Shown piece after piece: positions 1-9,722 of a stretch of DNA of 32,000 nt. The stretch is from Blochmannia endosymbiont of Camponotus nipponensis (GTDB lineage: Bacteria; Pseudomonadota; Gammaproteobacteria; Enterobacterales; Enterobacteriaceae): contig NZ_CP046534.1 of NCBI RefSeq assembly GCF_009827135.1, positions 720,001-752,000 of the forward strand, read 5' to 3'. The notes under the pieces are model-generated. The model saw nothing but the letters and a program-made list of their open reading frames with translations. It made no database searches and was not told the DNA's origin. Made by a program: the position numbers and the translations under genes. Position 1 is the stretch's first letter. Every line of letters starts with the position of its first letter.

Positions 1-90
1 ACAGTTAAATGTTCACAATTATAGTAATATTTAATATTATTAACAATATTAAATAAATTTTATTATTGTTGTTTCTTATGTTGGTTCAGA

Positions 91-1215
91 TTATTCTTTG
101 GTGTTTAAACCGGATAAAAGGATATTTTTTGCGATGATTCCTCCTCCTAAACAACGTTCTTTTGAATAAAAGACTGCTGATTGTCCCGGTGTAATTGCTA
201 GAACCGGGTTTTTTAAAATGACTCTTAGATTGTTGTTAGAAAGAGGGTACACTTGACATGGAATATCTGGATGCCTATATCTAGTTTTAACTGTACAACA
301 TAAAGGTGATTTAAGTGTATTTTCTTTAATCCATTGTGCTTGTTCAGCGACGAATTCGGTAGACATGAGACGTGGATGGTTACGTTTTTGTGCTACAATT
401 AATGTATTATTCATTATATCTTTATCTATTACATACCACGGTTGACCATTGCCTTCTTTAACTCCACCGATATTCAGCCCTTTTCTTTGTCCTAAAGTAT
501 AAAATGATACTCCTTGGTGTGTTCCGATTTTTTTCCCTCTTGTATTAATTATAATTCCTGGCCGTATCGGTATGTAGTTGCTAATAAAATCTTTAAATTT
601 GCGTTTACCAATAAAACAAATACCAGTTGAGTCTTTTTTGTTTGCTGTAATTAAATTTAGTTTCTTAGCAATATTTCTAACTTTTGATTTATTTAATGTT
701 CCCAAAGGAAATAAACATTGCCTAAGTTGTTTGCTACTAAGTGTATATAAAAAATAACTTTGATCTTTATTTCTATCTACACCACGCATCAAATAAATTT
801 CTTTGTTTATATTAATACGACGCACATAATGTCCAGTTGCTATAAGGTCAGCTCCTAAACTTTTACGTGCAAATTCTAAAAAATATTTAAATTTAATCTC
901 CTTATTACAGAGTATATCAGGATTGGGGGTGCGACCAGCGCTATATTCTCGTAAAAATATTTGAAATACATTTTCCCAATATTCTTGAGAAAAGTTTATG
1001 GTATGTAAATGTATACCTAAATGATTACAGACAGAATAAGTATCTGATAAGTCAGATGCTGATGCACAATATTCTGTGTTATCGTCATCTTCCCAATTTT
1101 TCATAAATAATCCTTCTACTGTATATCCTTGTTGTTGTAACAACCATGCGGATACAGAAGAATCTACCCCCCCAGACATACCAACAATTACTTTTTTTGA
1201 ACTAATATACGACAT
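91..1215 (-). CDS. mnmA: tRNA-specific 2-thiouridylase MnmA (TrmU)
   Basis: 374-aa ORF with an N-terminal PP-loop, [23 protein letters not shown]. It is colinear with E. coli MnmA as I recall it ([42 protein letters not shown]). Confidence 0.95.
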   Translation of the reverse strand: MSYISSKKVIVGMSGGVDSSVSAWLLQQQGYTVEGLFMKNWEDDDNTEYCASASDLSDTYSVCNHLGIHLHTINFSQEYWENVFQIFLREYSAGRTPNPDILCNKEIKFKYFLEFARKSLGADLIATGHYVRRININKEIYLMRGVDRNKDQSYFLYTLSSKQLRQCLFPLGTLNKSKVRNIAKKLNLITANKKDSTGICFIGKRKFKDFISNYIPIRPGIIINTRGKKIGTHQGVSFYTLGQRKGLNIGGVKEGNGQPWYVIDKDIMNNTLIVAQKRNHPRLMSTEFVAEQAQWIKENTLKSPLCCTVKTRYRHPDIPCQVYPLSNNNLRVILKNPVLAITPGQSAVFYSKERCLGGGIIAKNILLSGLNTKE

Positions 1216-1866
1216 AATTTATAATAAAATAAAGATCTAAAGTTAATTATGTAATACTGCGTATACATAATATATTATATAGCAAAAAATTTATATTTAA
1301 AAAAGATTTCATTATGTAAATGTACGGTACATTATTTATTTGGAACAATTTATATGTTCATAATACATATACAAAAATACATGTTTTAAAAAATTAAGTA
1401 CTTTTATGTGTATAAAATATGAAAATTGAAAAATTTCATTTACGTTATGAGGTTGATGATATAGTGTTTTCAAAAAAAAGAAAATTAAATTATAGTTATT
1501 TGCAAGTTTTTAATGTAAATATATATATATATTAAATTAGCATATATTATAAACTTGATTTTTTAATTTTAAATATATGTTATGTATTATTATTTTGTAT
1601 CTTTTATATGGATAGAATAGGATAGATAAATATAAATTTTTGAGCTCAATTATTCTTTTGAAATATATACAAAATATATCTAGTATATATACAATGTTTT
1701 ATTTAAAAACTCAATGCTATAATAATATATTTATATTTATTTTTTATGTTTTATATATCATGATTTTCAGTATGAAATATGTAATGTACATTATGTTATA
1801 TATATATTTTGATATATTTATTGATAAAAAATGTTATTGTTTATACATGTAAAAAATGAGATTTTT

Positions 1867-2331
1867 ATGACTAAAAATGATATAAAAGTGTTATCCAATG
1901 ATCTAACGCGGATCATAAAAAAGACAGATAATTTACAAGGATTTGTTCAGGTTAGAGCGGCGCATCGTCGTGAACTTATTGATGATTATATTGAGTTGAT
2001 TGCAGATTTGATTCAAGAATACGGAGAAGCGCGTCAAGTAGAGTTAGCATTAAGACTGGGAGTAACACAACCAACAGTAGCAAAAATGCTGAAGAAATTA
2101 ATTGCTTCTTCATTAGTTAAACATGCACGCTATCGTGGAGTGTCTTTGACAATACAAGGAAAACAGTTAGCTAAAGAAAATCATATACGACACAAAATTG
2201 TAAAAACTTTTCTAATGGCTTTAGGCATTAATAAAAAAATTGCTCAAAGAGACGCAGAAGGTATTGAACATCATGTTAGCAATGAAACATTACTAGCATT
2301 TAGTCAATTTTCTGATCGCTTCAATAGATAA
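1867..2331 (+). CDS. mntR: DtxR-family manganese-responsive transcriptional regulator MntR
   Basis: The segment GFVQVRAAHRRELIDDYIELIADLIQEYGEARQVELALRLGVTQPTVAKMLKKL ... RDAEGIEHHVSNETLLAF matches E. coli MntR nearly residue for residue. I place the start at ATG 1867 (MTKND...). The track ORF starts at 1831, which adds 12 AT-rich codons. Confidence 0.88.
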   Translation: MTKNDIKVLSNDLTRIIKKTDNLQGFVQVRAAHRRELIDDYIELIADLIQEYGEARQVELALRLGVTQPTVAKMLKKLIASSLVKHARYRGVSLTIQGKQLAKENHIRHKIVKTFLMALGINKKIAQRDAEGIEHHVSNETLLAFSQFSDRFNR

Positions 2332-2663
2332 CTAAATTTAGTTAAATAATTATATAATAAATATATATATATATATATTTAATTTATATTAATCTTTATC
2401 TCATTAAAAATGAGATATCTTACGTTATATAGTAAAGTTATGTTTTTTAGATTTTTTAATATCAACTTTACATATATCGTTTACTATAATAAAAATGTAA
2501 ATATAAATTATTATTTATTTATATATAGTATATATAAATAAATATCTCTGCATATTTTAATTATTAAAATTACAAGGAATTAATTTTCCAGAATAAAGGC
2601 ATCGCTTTTGCATGATAATTTTTATGAAGAAGTATATATTTTGATTATAAAAATCATGAAATT

Positions 2664-3308
2664 ATGAAGATTTATATAATATATTCGGTTGGCATTTTAT
2701 TCTTAACGGCTTGTGCGCAGAGAAACGTTGAAGAAAACATTGGACGAACATTATATACTGATTCAAAGTACGCGATTATTTATTCTTCTAAACGAATTAC
2801 ACCATCTATATATAATGATTACATTCATCGTTGTGCTATGAATTATGGAGTAGACGCTTCTTTAGTAAAAGCTATCATTCAAGTAGAATCTAATTACGAT
2901 CCTACTGTAATTAGTAAATCTAATGCTGTGGGTTTGATGCAGCTTAAAGCGGATACTGCAGGAAAAGATGCTTATCGTTTGAAAGGATGGAAAGGAAAGC
3001 CTAGTATTCATGAATTAAAAAATGCTGCTATTAATATTGATCTTGGTACTGCTTATTTATCTATATTGCAAAAACAATTAGAAGGAATTATTAATTTAAA
3101 AACCAGACGTTACGCTATAATTGTTGCTTATGTGAACGGTGTAAGTGCATTGTTAAAAACATTTTCTATTGATCGCAATTATGCAATCAAGAAAATAAAT
3201 AGACTTAATCCAGAACAATTTTTCCAACATATACAATCTCATCATCCATCTACACAAGCACAACGTTATTTATTTAAAGTTAATTCTATTTATATTGAAC
3301 AGAATTAA
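2664..3308 (+). CDS. emtA: Lipoprotein lytic murein transglycosylase (EmtA/MltE type)
   Basis: The signal peptide ends in the lipobox L-T-A-C (ILFLTAC). The SLT catalytic block is AIIQVESNYDPTVISKSNAVGLMQLKADTAGKDAY. Its length and C-terminus (HHPSTQAQRYLFK) parallel E. coli EmtA. Confidence 0.85.
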   Translation: MKIYIIYSVGILFLTACAQRNVEENIGRTLYTDSKYAIIYSSKRITPSIYNDYIHRCAMNYGVDASLVKAIIQVESNYDPTVISKSNAVGLMQLKADTAGKDAYRLKGWKGKPSIHELKNAAINIDLGTAYLSILQKQLEGIINLKTRRYAIIVAYVNGVSALLKTFSIDRNYAIKKINRLNPEQFFQHIQSHHPSTQAQRYLFKVNSIYIEQN

Positions 3309-3940
3309 TTATAATAATGATGTATTTGATATTAATGCTTTTAATAAAATTTTTACGAGCATATATATGGTGATAATTATTTGATGAAGCATAATTATTA
3401 ATATGTTTATTGATTGTAGTTAATTTTTATATCTAACTTTAATGGGTATCAATATATTTGATTACTGTCATTATCGTAATAAATGGTAAAAAGATGTCAA
3501 TAGAATATTTAAGATTAATGAATGGTTATTCTGATCCATTTAAATGGGTGATAATCATGTTAAAATATCAGGATACTTTGTTATTATGTGGTTTAATTAA
3601 AAATTAATTACAAGTTGTAGATCATTTTATATATAAAAATTGATAAATATATGGTTATTAACTATTGTAATTTGCGAGTTGTTAAATTTTAATAAAAAGG
3701 GAAGAGTAAATTTGATTAAATTGATTTTTTCATAAATTTATTAATGAATGCTTTATATTATAATAGTTGTTTCTGAAACAAATAATATATATATGTATAT
3801 ATATATTATTTTGACTATATATTTTTAATATATTATCAGCAAATGTTTCGGTTATAAGTATTTAAGTTAGGTAATTGTTATAACGGGAACATTGGGATAA
3901 CTTAAATTTTCATGTTAGTTAGTTTGATATTTGATTTATG

Positions 3941-4576
3941 TCATGTAATTTCAGTACATTGCATAGTACAGTCACTGCATTCAAATCCTACTTCTGGATG
4001 AAAGGTACAAATATTGCATGAGTTTATTTCTTTGCAACAATATAATTTAATACGATCTTTTTTAGTATATAAGTATGCTAAACCGATGCTTAATAAAATT
4101 ATAAGCATTATTGTTAAATTCATTATATATTTTACCTGATTTTTTATGTTGATCAGAATAGGTGATGACGAGTGATTGTTTTGATCCTCAGTTTTTTTCA
4201 GAGGAGAGGATATGTAGAGTTGATCTTCATTAATTTTTTCTATAATTAATTGATTATTTAATCTTAATCCTCGTTTAGGAATTGTTACAATAGACGAAGC
4301 TTCTAATCCAAAAGAAGTAAAAGTTTTTCTTATTAAACTAATTTGTTGATTTAAGTTTCCATTAGATGGTTCAAGTCCATAAGCTCTCCAAACGATTGAA
4401 AACAAGTGTTCTCGAGTAACTGGCGCGCAAACATCAGTATTCCGTTGTTTAATTAGTTCTTCTAATACCCGTCCAGCAGAATTAGACAATTTTACTGATG
4501 TATTAGAATCAGTTAATGATGTTAAAACATATTCTGTAGTGTCAAATATTATGGTAGATTGAATTACATATTTCAT
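3941..4576 (-). CDS. ToxR/CadC-like membrane-anchored winged-helix transcriptional regulator with a short Cys-rich periplasmic tail
   Basis: Residues ~25-108 align with the ToxR wHTH: LSNSAGRVLEELIK..VTREHLFSIVWRAYGLEPSNGNLNQQISLIRKTF...IVTIPKRGLRL versus ToxR LGSNESRILWLL..ISRNDLHDFVWREQGFEVDDSSLTQAISTLRKML..VKTVPKRGYQL. There is one hydrophobic segment, NLTIMLIILLSIGLAYLY (aa ~152-170). A 41-aa tail follows with Cys at 180, 181, 187, 190, 200, 203 and 207. A 636-nt ORF in DNA this AT-rich is unlikely to stay open by chance. Confidence 0.75.
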   Translation of the reverse strand: MKYVIQSTIIFDTTEYVLTSLTDSNTSVKLSNSAGRVLEELIKQRNTDVCAPVTREHLFSIVWRAYGLEPSNGNLNQQISLIRKTFTSFGLEASSIVTIPKRGLRLNNQLIIEKINEDQLYISSPLKKTEDQNNHSSSPILINIKNQVKYIMNLTIMLIILLSIGLAYLYTKKDRIKLYCCKEINSCNICTFHPEVGFECSDCTMQCTEIT

Positions 4577-5195
4577 TTAGTTACTCTATATGAACTGTAA
4601 ATTGACAAAGTCAGATTCATGTCAGTTGTTTATATAAAATTTAAATAATATTATTTTTTAATTGAAATATATAAAAACTATAAAAAGTATTTTATTATGA
4701 AAATTTGCTTTAACATGATTTTAATTATATTATTTTAGATTATGGTAGTTTTACAATTTATTTCAGATAGTATAATACCATACCATAAAAAAGCTAGCAT
4801 GTTAGTACATGTATTGTTTCAGGAGAAATATAAAATGATACATATTATATATGTTAGTACGCCAATGATATATAAATTATTATTCAATCAATTTTAGCGT
4901 TAAATTGAATAGTATGCGTTAATTAAACTTTAGTTGAGCACAGAATAATAAGTATTGTAAGTCTCCATTAGTGTTAAGATAATATTTTTAATTTAATGTT
5001 ATATATAATAATTTGATTTTTTAAAGTATCATGATATTTGTAAATACTGCAAAAATGCATGTTTAGCTATATATGGTTTCAATTGATGTTGTTAGTATCA
5101 TTGATTTATATGATTTTTATTGAAAAAAATTAATGACCAGTATAATTGTGATGATTGTATGAGTATGTTGAAAACATGTAATAGTTATAAATATC

Positions 5196-7328
5196 ATGTA
5201 TATGGTATATGATGTATGGTGTATGGTGTATTTTTTATATTTTAAAATATTAATTCATATAATGTTATTTATAATATATTTCACATTGATTATGTTGATT
5301 GTTAATCATACTCAAGCTAATTCAAACGATGCATCATTTCACGGTAGATCCGAGGAAGTTTCCGTATCGGTGTCTGATGATATACAAAATTTGCCTATAT
5401 TATTACAAGAAAAAGTGCACGACGATATCGTAACTATTATTTTACCAAAAAATTCTCCATTAATTTTTACCTCTTCTCCCTCAAAATTTTTGCAATCGTT
5501 TTATGTAACTGATATGTCTGATTATTTAAAAAATATTGTTGGTTTTAATTCTATTCGTAACGGAGGAGTAAATAACGAACCAACATTTCGTGGAATGTTT
5601 GGGTCTCGGATACGTATTTTGATGAATAGTGGTGAAATACTTGGAGCTTGTTTTTCTCACATGGATCCTGTTAGTGCTTATATTTCTCCAAACACTTTTG
5701 ATATTTTAAATATTATTAAGGGCCCTCAAACGGTACTATGGGGTCCTGTAACATCTGGAGGTACATTACAATTTGAACGATATCATCCTCGTTTTGATAG
5801 ATCAAAAATTCAATTACGTAGCAATGTAGCAATTGGCGCAAATAATAGAATGGATAAAAATATAGATAGTATCATAGGGAATAAATATGGTTATCTTAGA
5901 TTAATAGGAGAGGTTTCTAGTGCGGATGATTATTATGATGGTAATAAACACCGAGTACATTCTGCATGGTATAAATGGAATGCTGATGCAATTTTATCAT
6001 TCAATATTGGTACGGACACATGTTTGGAAGTTAGTTTGGGACAAGGCAATGGTCATGCAAATTATGCTGCTCGATCTATGGATGGGTTATGTTTTGCTAG
6101 AGAAAGTTATGCAATAAAAATAGAAACTTCGAATATAAGTGAAACATTAGATAAAATTGAATTGCAAGCATGGCGCAATTATGTAAACCATATTATGGCT
6201 GATACTACTATACCTTATATTACAAAATCTTCTACTAAAAAATGTTGTGGTTTCAGTGAAAATTTCAATAACAATATTGATCGATTGATATGGGGGGTTC
6301 GAGGTATCGCTGTGTCTCAGTGGGATAATATTAAGTGTTACAGTGGTGCGGATCTACAAATTAATAAACATAGAAAATACGCACAATCTGATGCTAATTG
6401 GAAAACAGATATTATTTCTCAAGATACTGGTGTATTTACCGAATTGATTGTTGATTCGTTGTCAGATAGAAGATTAGTTGGCGGCGCGCGACTGGAATAT
6501 GGTGTAATTAATTTTAATAATCATTCTAAGTATAAACGAAATGCTATAGTATATCCTGCTGGATTTATACGATATGAAAATAATGTTAATCCATTATTGT
6601 CGTATTATATTGGTGTGGGAACAAGCTTTCGTTTTCCAGATTACTGGGAATTATTTTCTACTAAATTGGGTGAAAATCTTAATATTGAAAATATTTTTCA
6701 ATTAAAACCTGAAAGATCCATACAAATAGATACAGGAGTATATTTTCAGCATCTACAAACAAACGGATGGATATCATCTTATGTTGGGTATGTTAAAGAT
6801 TTTATTTTATCTGATTACAATAATCATGCTACCACATCAGATGATACTAATTATGCAAAAAACACTCATGTTAAAATATGTGGCGCTGAAGCAGGATTAA
6901 ATTATAAATTTAATGATCATTGGAGTACTGAAGGCAATATTTCATGGGCTTGGGGCGTTAATATAAACGATAATTTTATTTTGCCTACAATTCCTCCATT
7001 GGAAGGGAAAATAACATGTCAATGGACACACGGATATTACAGTATAGCTACTTTATGGAGGTTTATGTTAGCACAACAGTCTAATAATAATGAGTGGTTC
7101 CATACAAGAATAAATTGTAATACCCCAGGTTTTGGAATATTATCCGTACATCTAGCATGGACGAGTTCTCGATTTTATAAATTTAGCGTTGGTGTAGATA
7201 ATTTATTAAATCATAATTATAGAGAATACTTGAGTTCACATATTCATAAACGATTTGGATATCCTGATAGAAAGTTAATTTATGAACCAGGACGTACTTG
7301 GTGGGTTAAAGTAGGGATGATATTCTAA
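5196..7328 (+). CDS. TonB-dependent outer-membrane receptor, OprC/NosA (copper) family
   Basis: The plug motif is NEPTFRGMFGSRIRILMNSGEILGACFSHMDPVSAYISP ... IKGPQTVLWGP. A TonB-box-like DDIVTII lies near the N-terminus. The barrel is long and ends in a terminal aromatic (WWVKVGMIF). CxxxM (C152, M156) and HxM (H332, M334) are present. The start is uncertain: in-frame ATGs occur at 5196, 5223 and 5262. The signal-peptide-like MLFIIYFTLIMLIVNHTQA|NS begins at 5262. Confidence 0.88.
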   Translation: MYMVYDVWCMVYFLYFKILIHIMLFIIYFTLIMLIVNHTQANSNDASFHGRSEEVSVSVSDDIQNLPILLQEKVHDDIVTIILPKNSPLIFTSSPSKFLQSFYVTDMSDYLKNIVGFNSIRNGGVNNEPTFRGMFGSRIRILMNSGEILGACFSHMDPVSAYISPNTFDILNIIKGPQTVLWGPVTSGGTLQFERYHPRFDRSKIQLRSNVAIGANNRMDKNIDSIIGNKYGYLRLIGEVSSADDYYDGNKHRVHSAWYKWNADAILSFNIGTDTCLEVSLGQGNGHANYAARSMDGLCFARESYAIKIETSNISETLDKIELQAWRNYVNHIMADTTIPYITKSSTKKCCGFSENFNNNIDRLIWGVRGIAVSQWDNIKCYSGADLQINKHRKYAQSDANWKTDIISQDTGVFTELIVDSLSDRRLVGGARLEYGVINFNNHSKYKRNAIVYPAGFIRYENNVNPLLSYYIGVGTSFRFPDYWELFSTKLGENLNIENIFQLKPERSIQIDTGVYFQHLQTNGWISSYVGYVKDFILSDYNNHATTSDDTNYAKNTHVKICGAEAGLNYKFNDHWSTEGNISWAWGVNINDNFILPTIPPLEGKITCQWTHGYYSIATLWRFMLAQQSNNNEWFHTRINCNTPGFGILSVHLAWTSSRFYKFSVGVDNLLNHNYREYLSSHIHKRFGYPDRKLIYEPGRTWWVKVGMIF

Positions 7329-7458
7329 ATAAAAAAGAGGCGATAATGGACAACAGGTTCATAGATAAATAAAAGAGTTTTATTGTTGTCGGTAGTATAA
7401 TTGTCAGAGAATATATTTAGAGATTAGGTTAATTGCGCATATATTTTGGAAATTTTGA

Positions 7459-7677
7459 TTATCTACTGCGAAAAATAATTCTTCCTTTGCTTAAATCGTA
7501 TGGTGTAAGTTCAACTGTTACTTTATCTCCCGTCAATATGCGAATATAGTTTTTTCTTATTTTTCCGGAAATATGTGCCACAATGATGTGTCCATTTTCT
7601 AATTTTACACGAAACATTGTATTAGGTAAAGTATCTAATACTACACCATGCATTTCGAAATTTTCTTCTTTTGTCAT
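7459..7677 (-). CDS. infA: Translation initiation factor IF-1
   Basis: [72 protein letters not shown] is nearly identical to E. coli IF-1. There are tandem ATGs at 7680 and 7677; I chose 7677 by length parity with E. coli. Confidence 0.97.
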   Translation of the reverse strand: MTKEENFEMHGVVLDTLPNTMFRVKLENGHIIVAHISGKIRKNYIRILTGDKVTVELTPYDLSKGRIIFRSR

Positions 7678-8126
7678 CATTATCTCTAACAAATTAACAA
7701 TAATTGAAATTATATCATAATATATTAGTTAATCAAGTATTAAAGTTTAATGCATGCGACTCATTTAATATCTTAATTTTTAATAAAAGTTTATAAAAGC
7801 AATATTTTTGTTATATATAGTTATTATATATTTTTATGATATTTTATTTTTGAACATATGCATATATTCATATTTAATATGAATCTCTTTTTTATGGTAT
7901 CGATATATATATGTAGACTTTAATATAATCAACGTATATGTTGCATGGTGAATATAGATTCATATCACTATTTTATGTATGAAATAGTATTCAAAAAAAA
8001 TATATTGATAAGATATTTATGTTTGTTTTCAATTTTTTAAATAAAAATAATTATATATTTTATTTTGAAAGTGACCAGATAATCATTTAAGTGCTATAAT
8101 AATTATTATAGCTTCTTAAAAGTGTA

Positions 8127-9095
<969 letters not shown>

Positions 9096-9722
9096 TCATA
9101 TCTCATTCAAACAAAATGCATATATTGCTTCTGTATATTGCATTAAGTATTGATTTTTTTGATATTTAATGTTTTTTAAAAATTAAAATTGATGTAAAAA
9201 ATAAGTTATAAGTATGCTAAAAATAATAATTCATTTTAGTTATATGAATATATTTATTTTTTATTAACATTAAATATATTTTTTAACAATACTAATATGT
9301 GGTTAAACATTTAATTTTTTTGTATGATTGAGAATAAGAATCGTAGCAAAACATATAGATGTTTAATGATATAATTAAATTTATACAACTAATATTAAGA
9401 TCATACATAACAAATAACACATTATAAGACATACTTGTAATATACAGCAAGTGTTTTATACAAAATTTAACAGTATTTTTTTAACTTTTGTTAGATACAA
9501 ATGAATATTTGTCCGATACATATATATAATTTTGAAATAATATTTTGAATATGTTGTTGGTTCAACATGTATATAAATTACTGAATTAATATAAGTTGTT
9601 ATCATTGTAATTATTTATACAAATTAAAATGTTATTATTTATTCTAAGTAAGAATACTCAATATAAAAAGGGGATATTAAATTTAATAAATTTTATCCAA
9701 ATATTTAAGTAAGGAATATTAT

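Noticed and set aside
1640-1852. Track ORFs 1640-1852(+), 12936-13139(-) and 25646-25867(+) in or overlapping spacers.
   Set aside because: They have Ile/Tyr/Phe/Asn/Lys-rich composition typical of translated AT-rich non-coding DNA. They have no recognisable motifs and no SD. ORF 25646 overlaps the ubiX start out of frame.
2512-2544. A/T-only palindromes and (AT)n tracts. Examples are 2512-2544 (16-bp arms), 3781-3810 (14-bp arms), 16721-16738 (cttatatatatatataag), 8093-8112 (gctataataattattatagc, just after trxB), and (AT)n runs near 1521, 2361 and 13191.
   Set aside because: These are low-complexity, TA-repeat-derived self-complementarity, which is expected in ~10-15% GC spacers. Some may act as weak terminators, but they are not statistically remarkable, unlike the mixed-sequence long palindromes reported above.
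3494-3607. Short intergenic ORFs: 3494-3607 (+, 37 aa, MSIEYLRLMNGYSDPFKW...) and 1419-1535 (+, 38 aa, MKIEKFHLRYEVDD...). I considered them as remnants of lost neighbours or as an mntS-like peptide next to mntR.
   Set aside because: I could see no resemblance to MntS, LdcA, NudJ or other expected neighbours. They lack a convincing SD, and their lengths are within chance expectation.
5141-5159. A Fur-box-like sequence, tataattgtgatgattgta, upstream of the TonB-dependent receptor.
   Set aside because: It matches only about 12 of 19 positions of GATAATGATAATCATTATC. That is indistinguishable from background in DNA this AT-rich.
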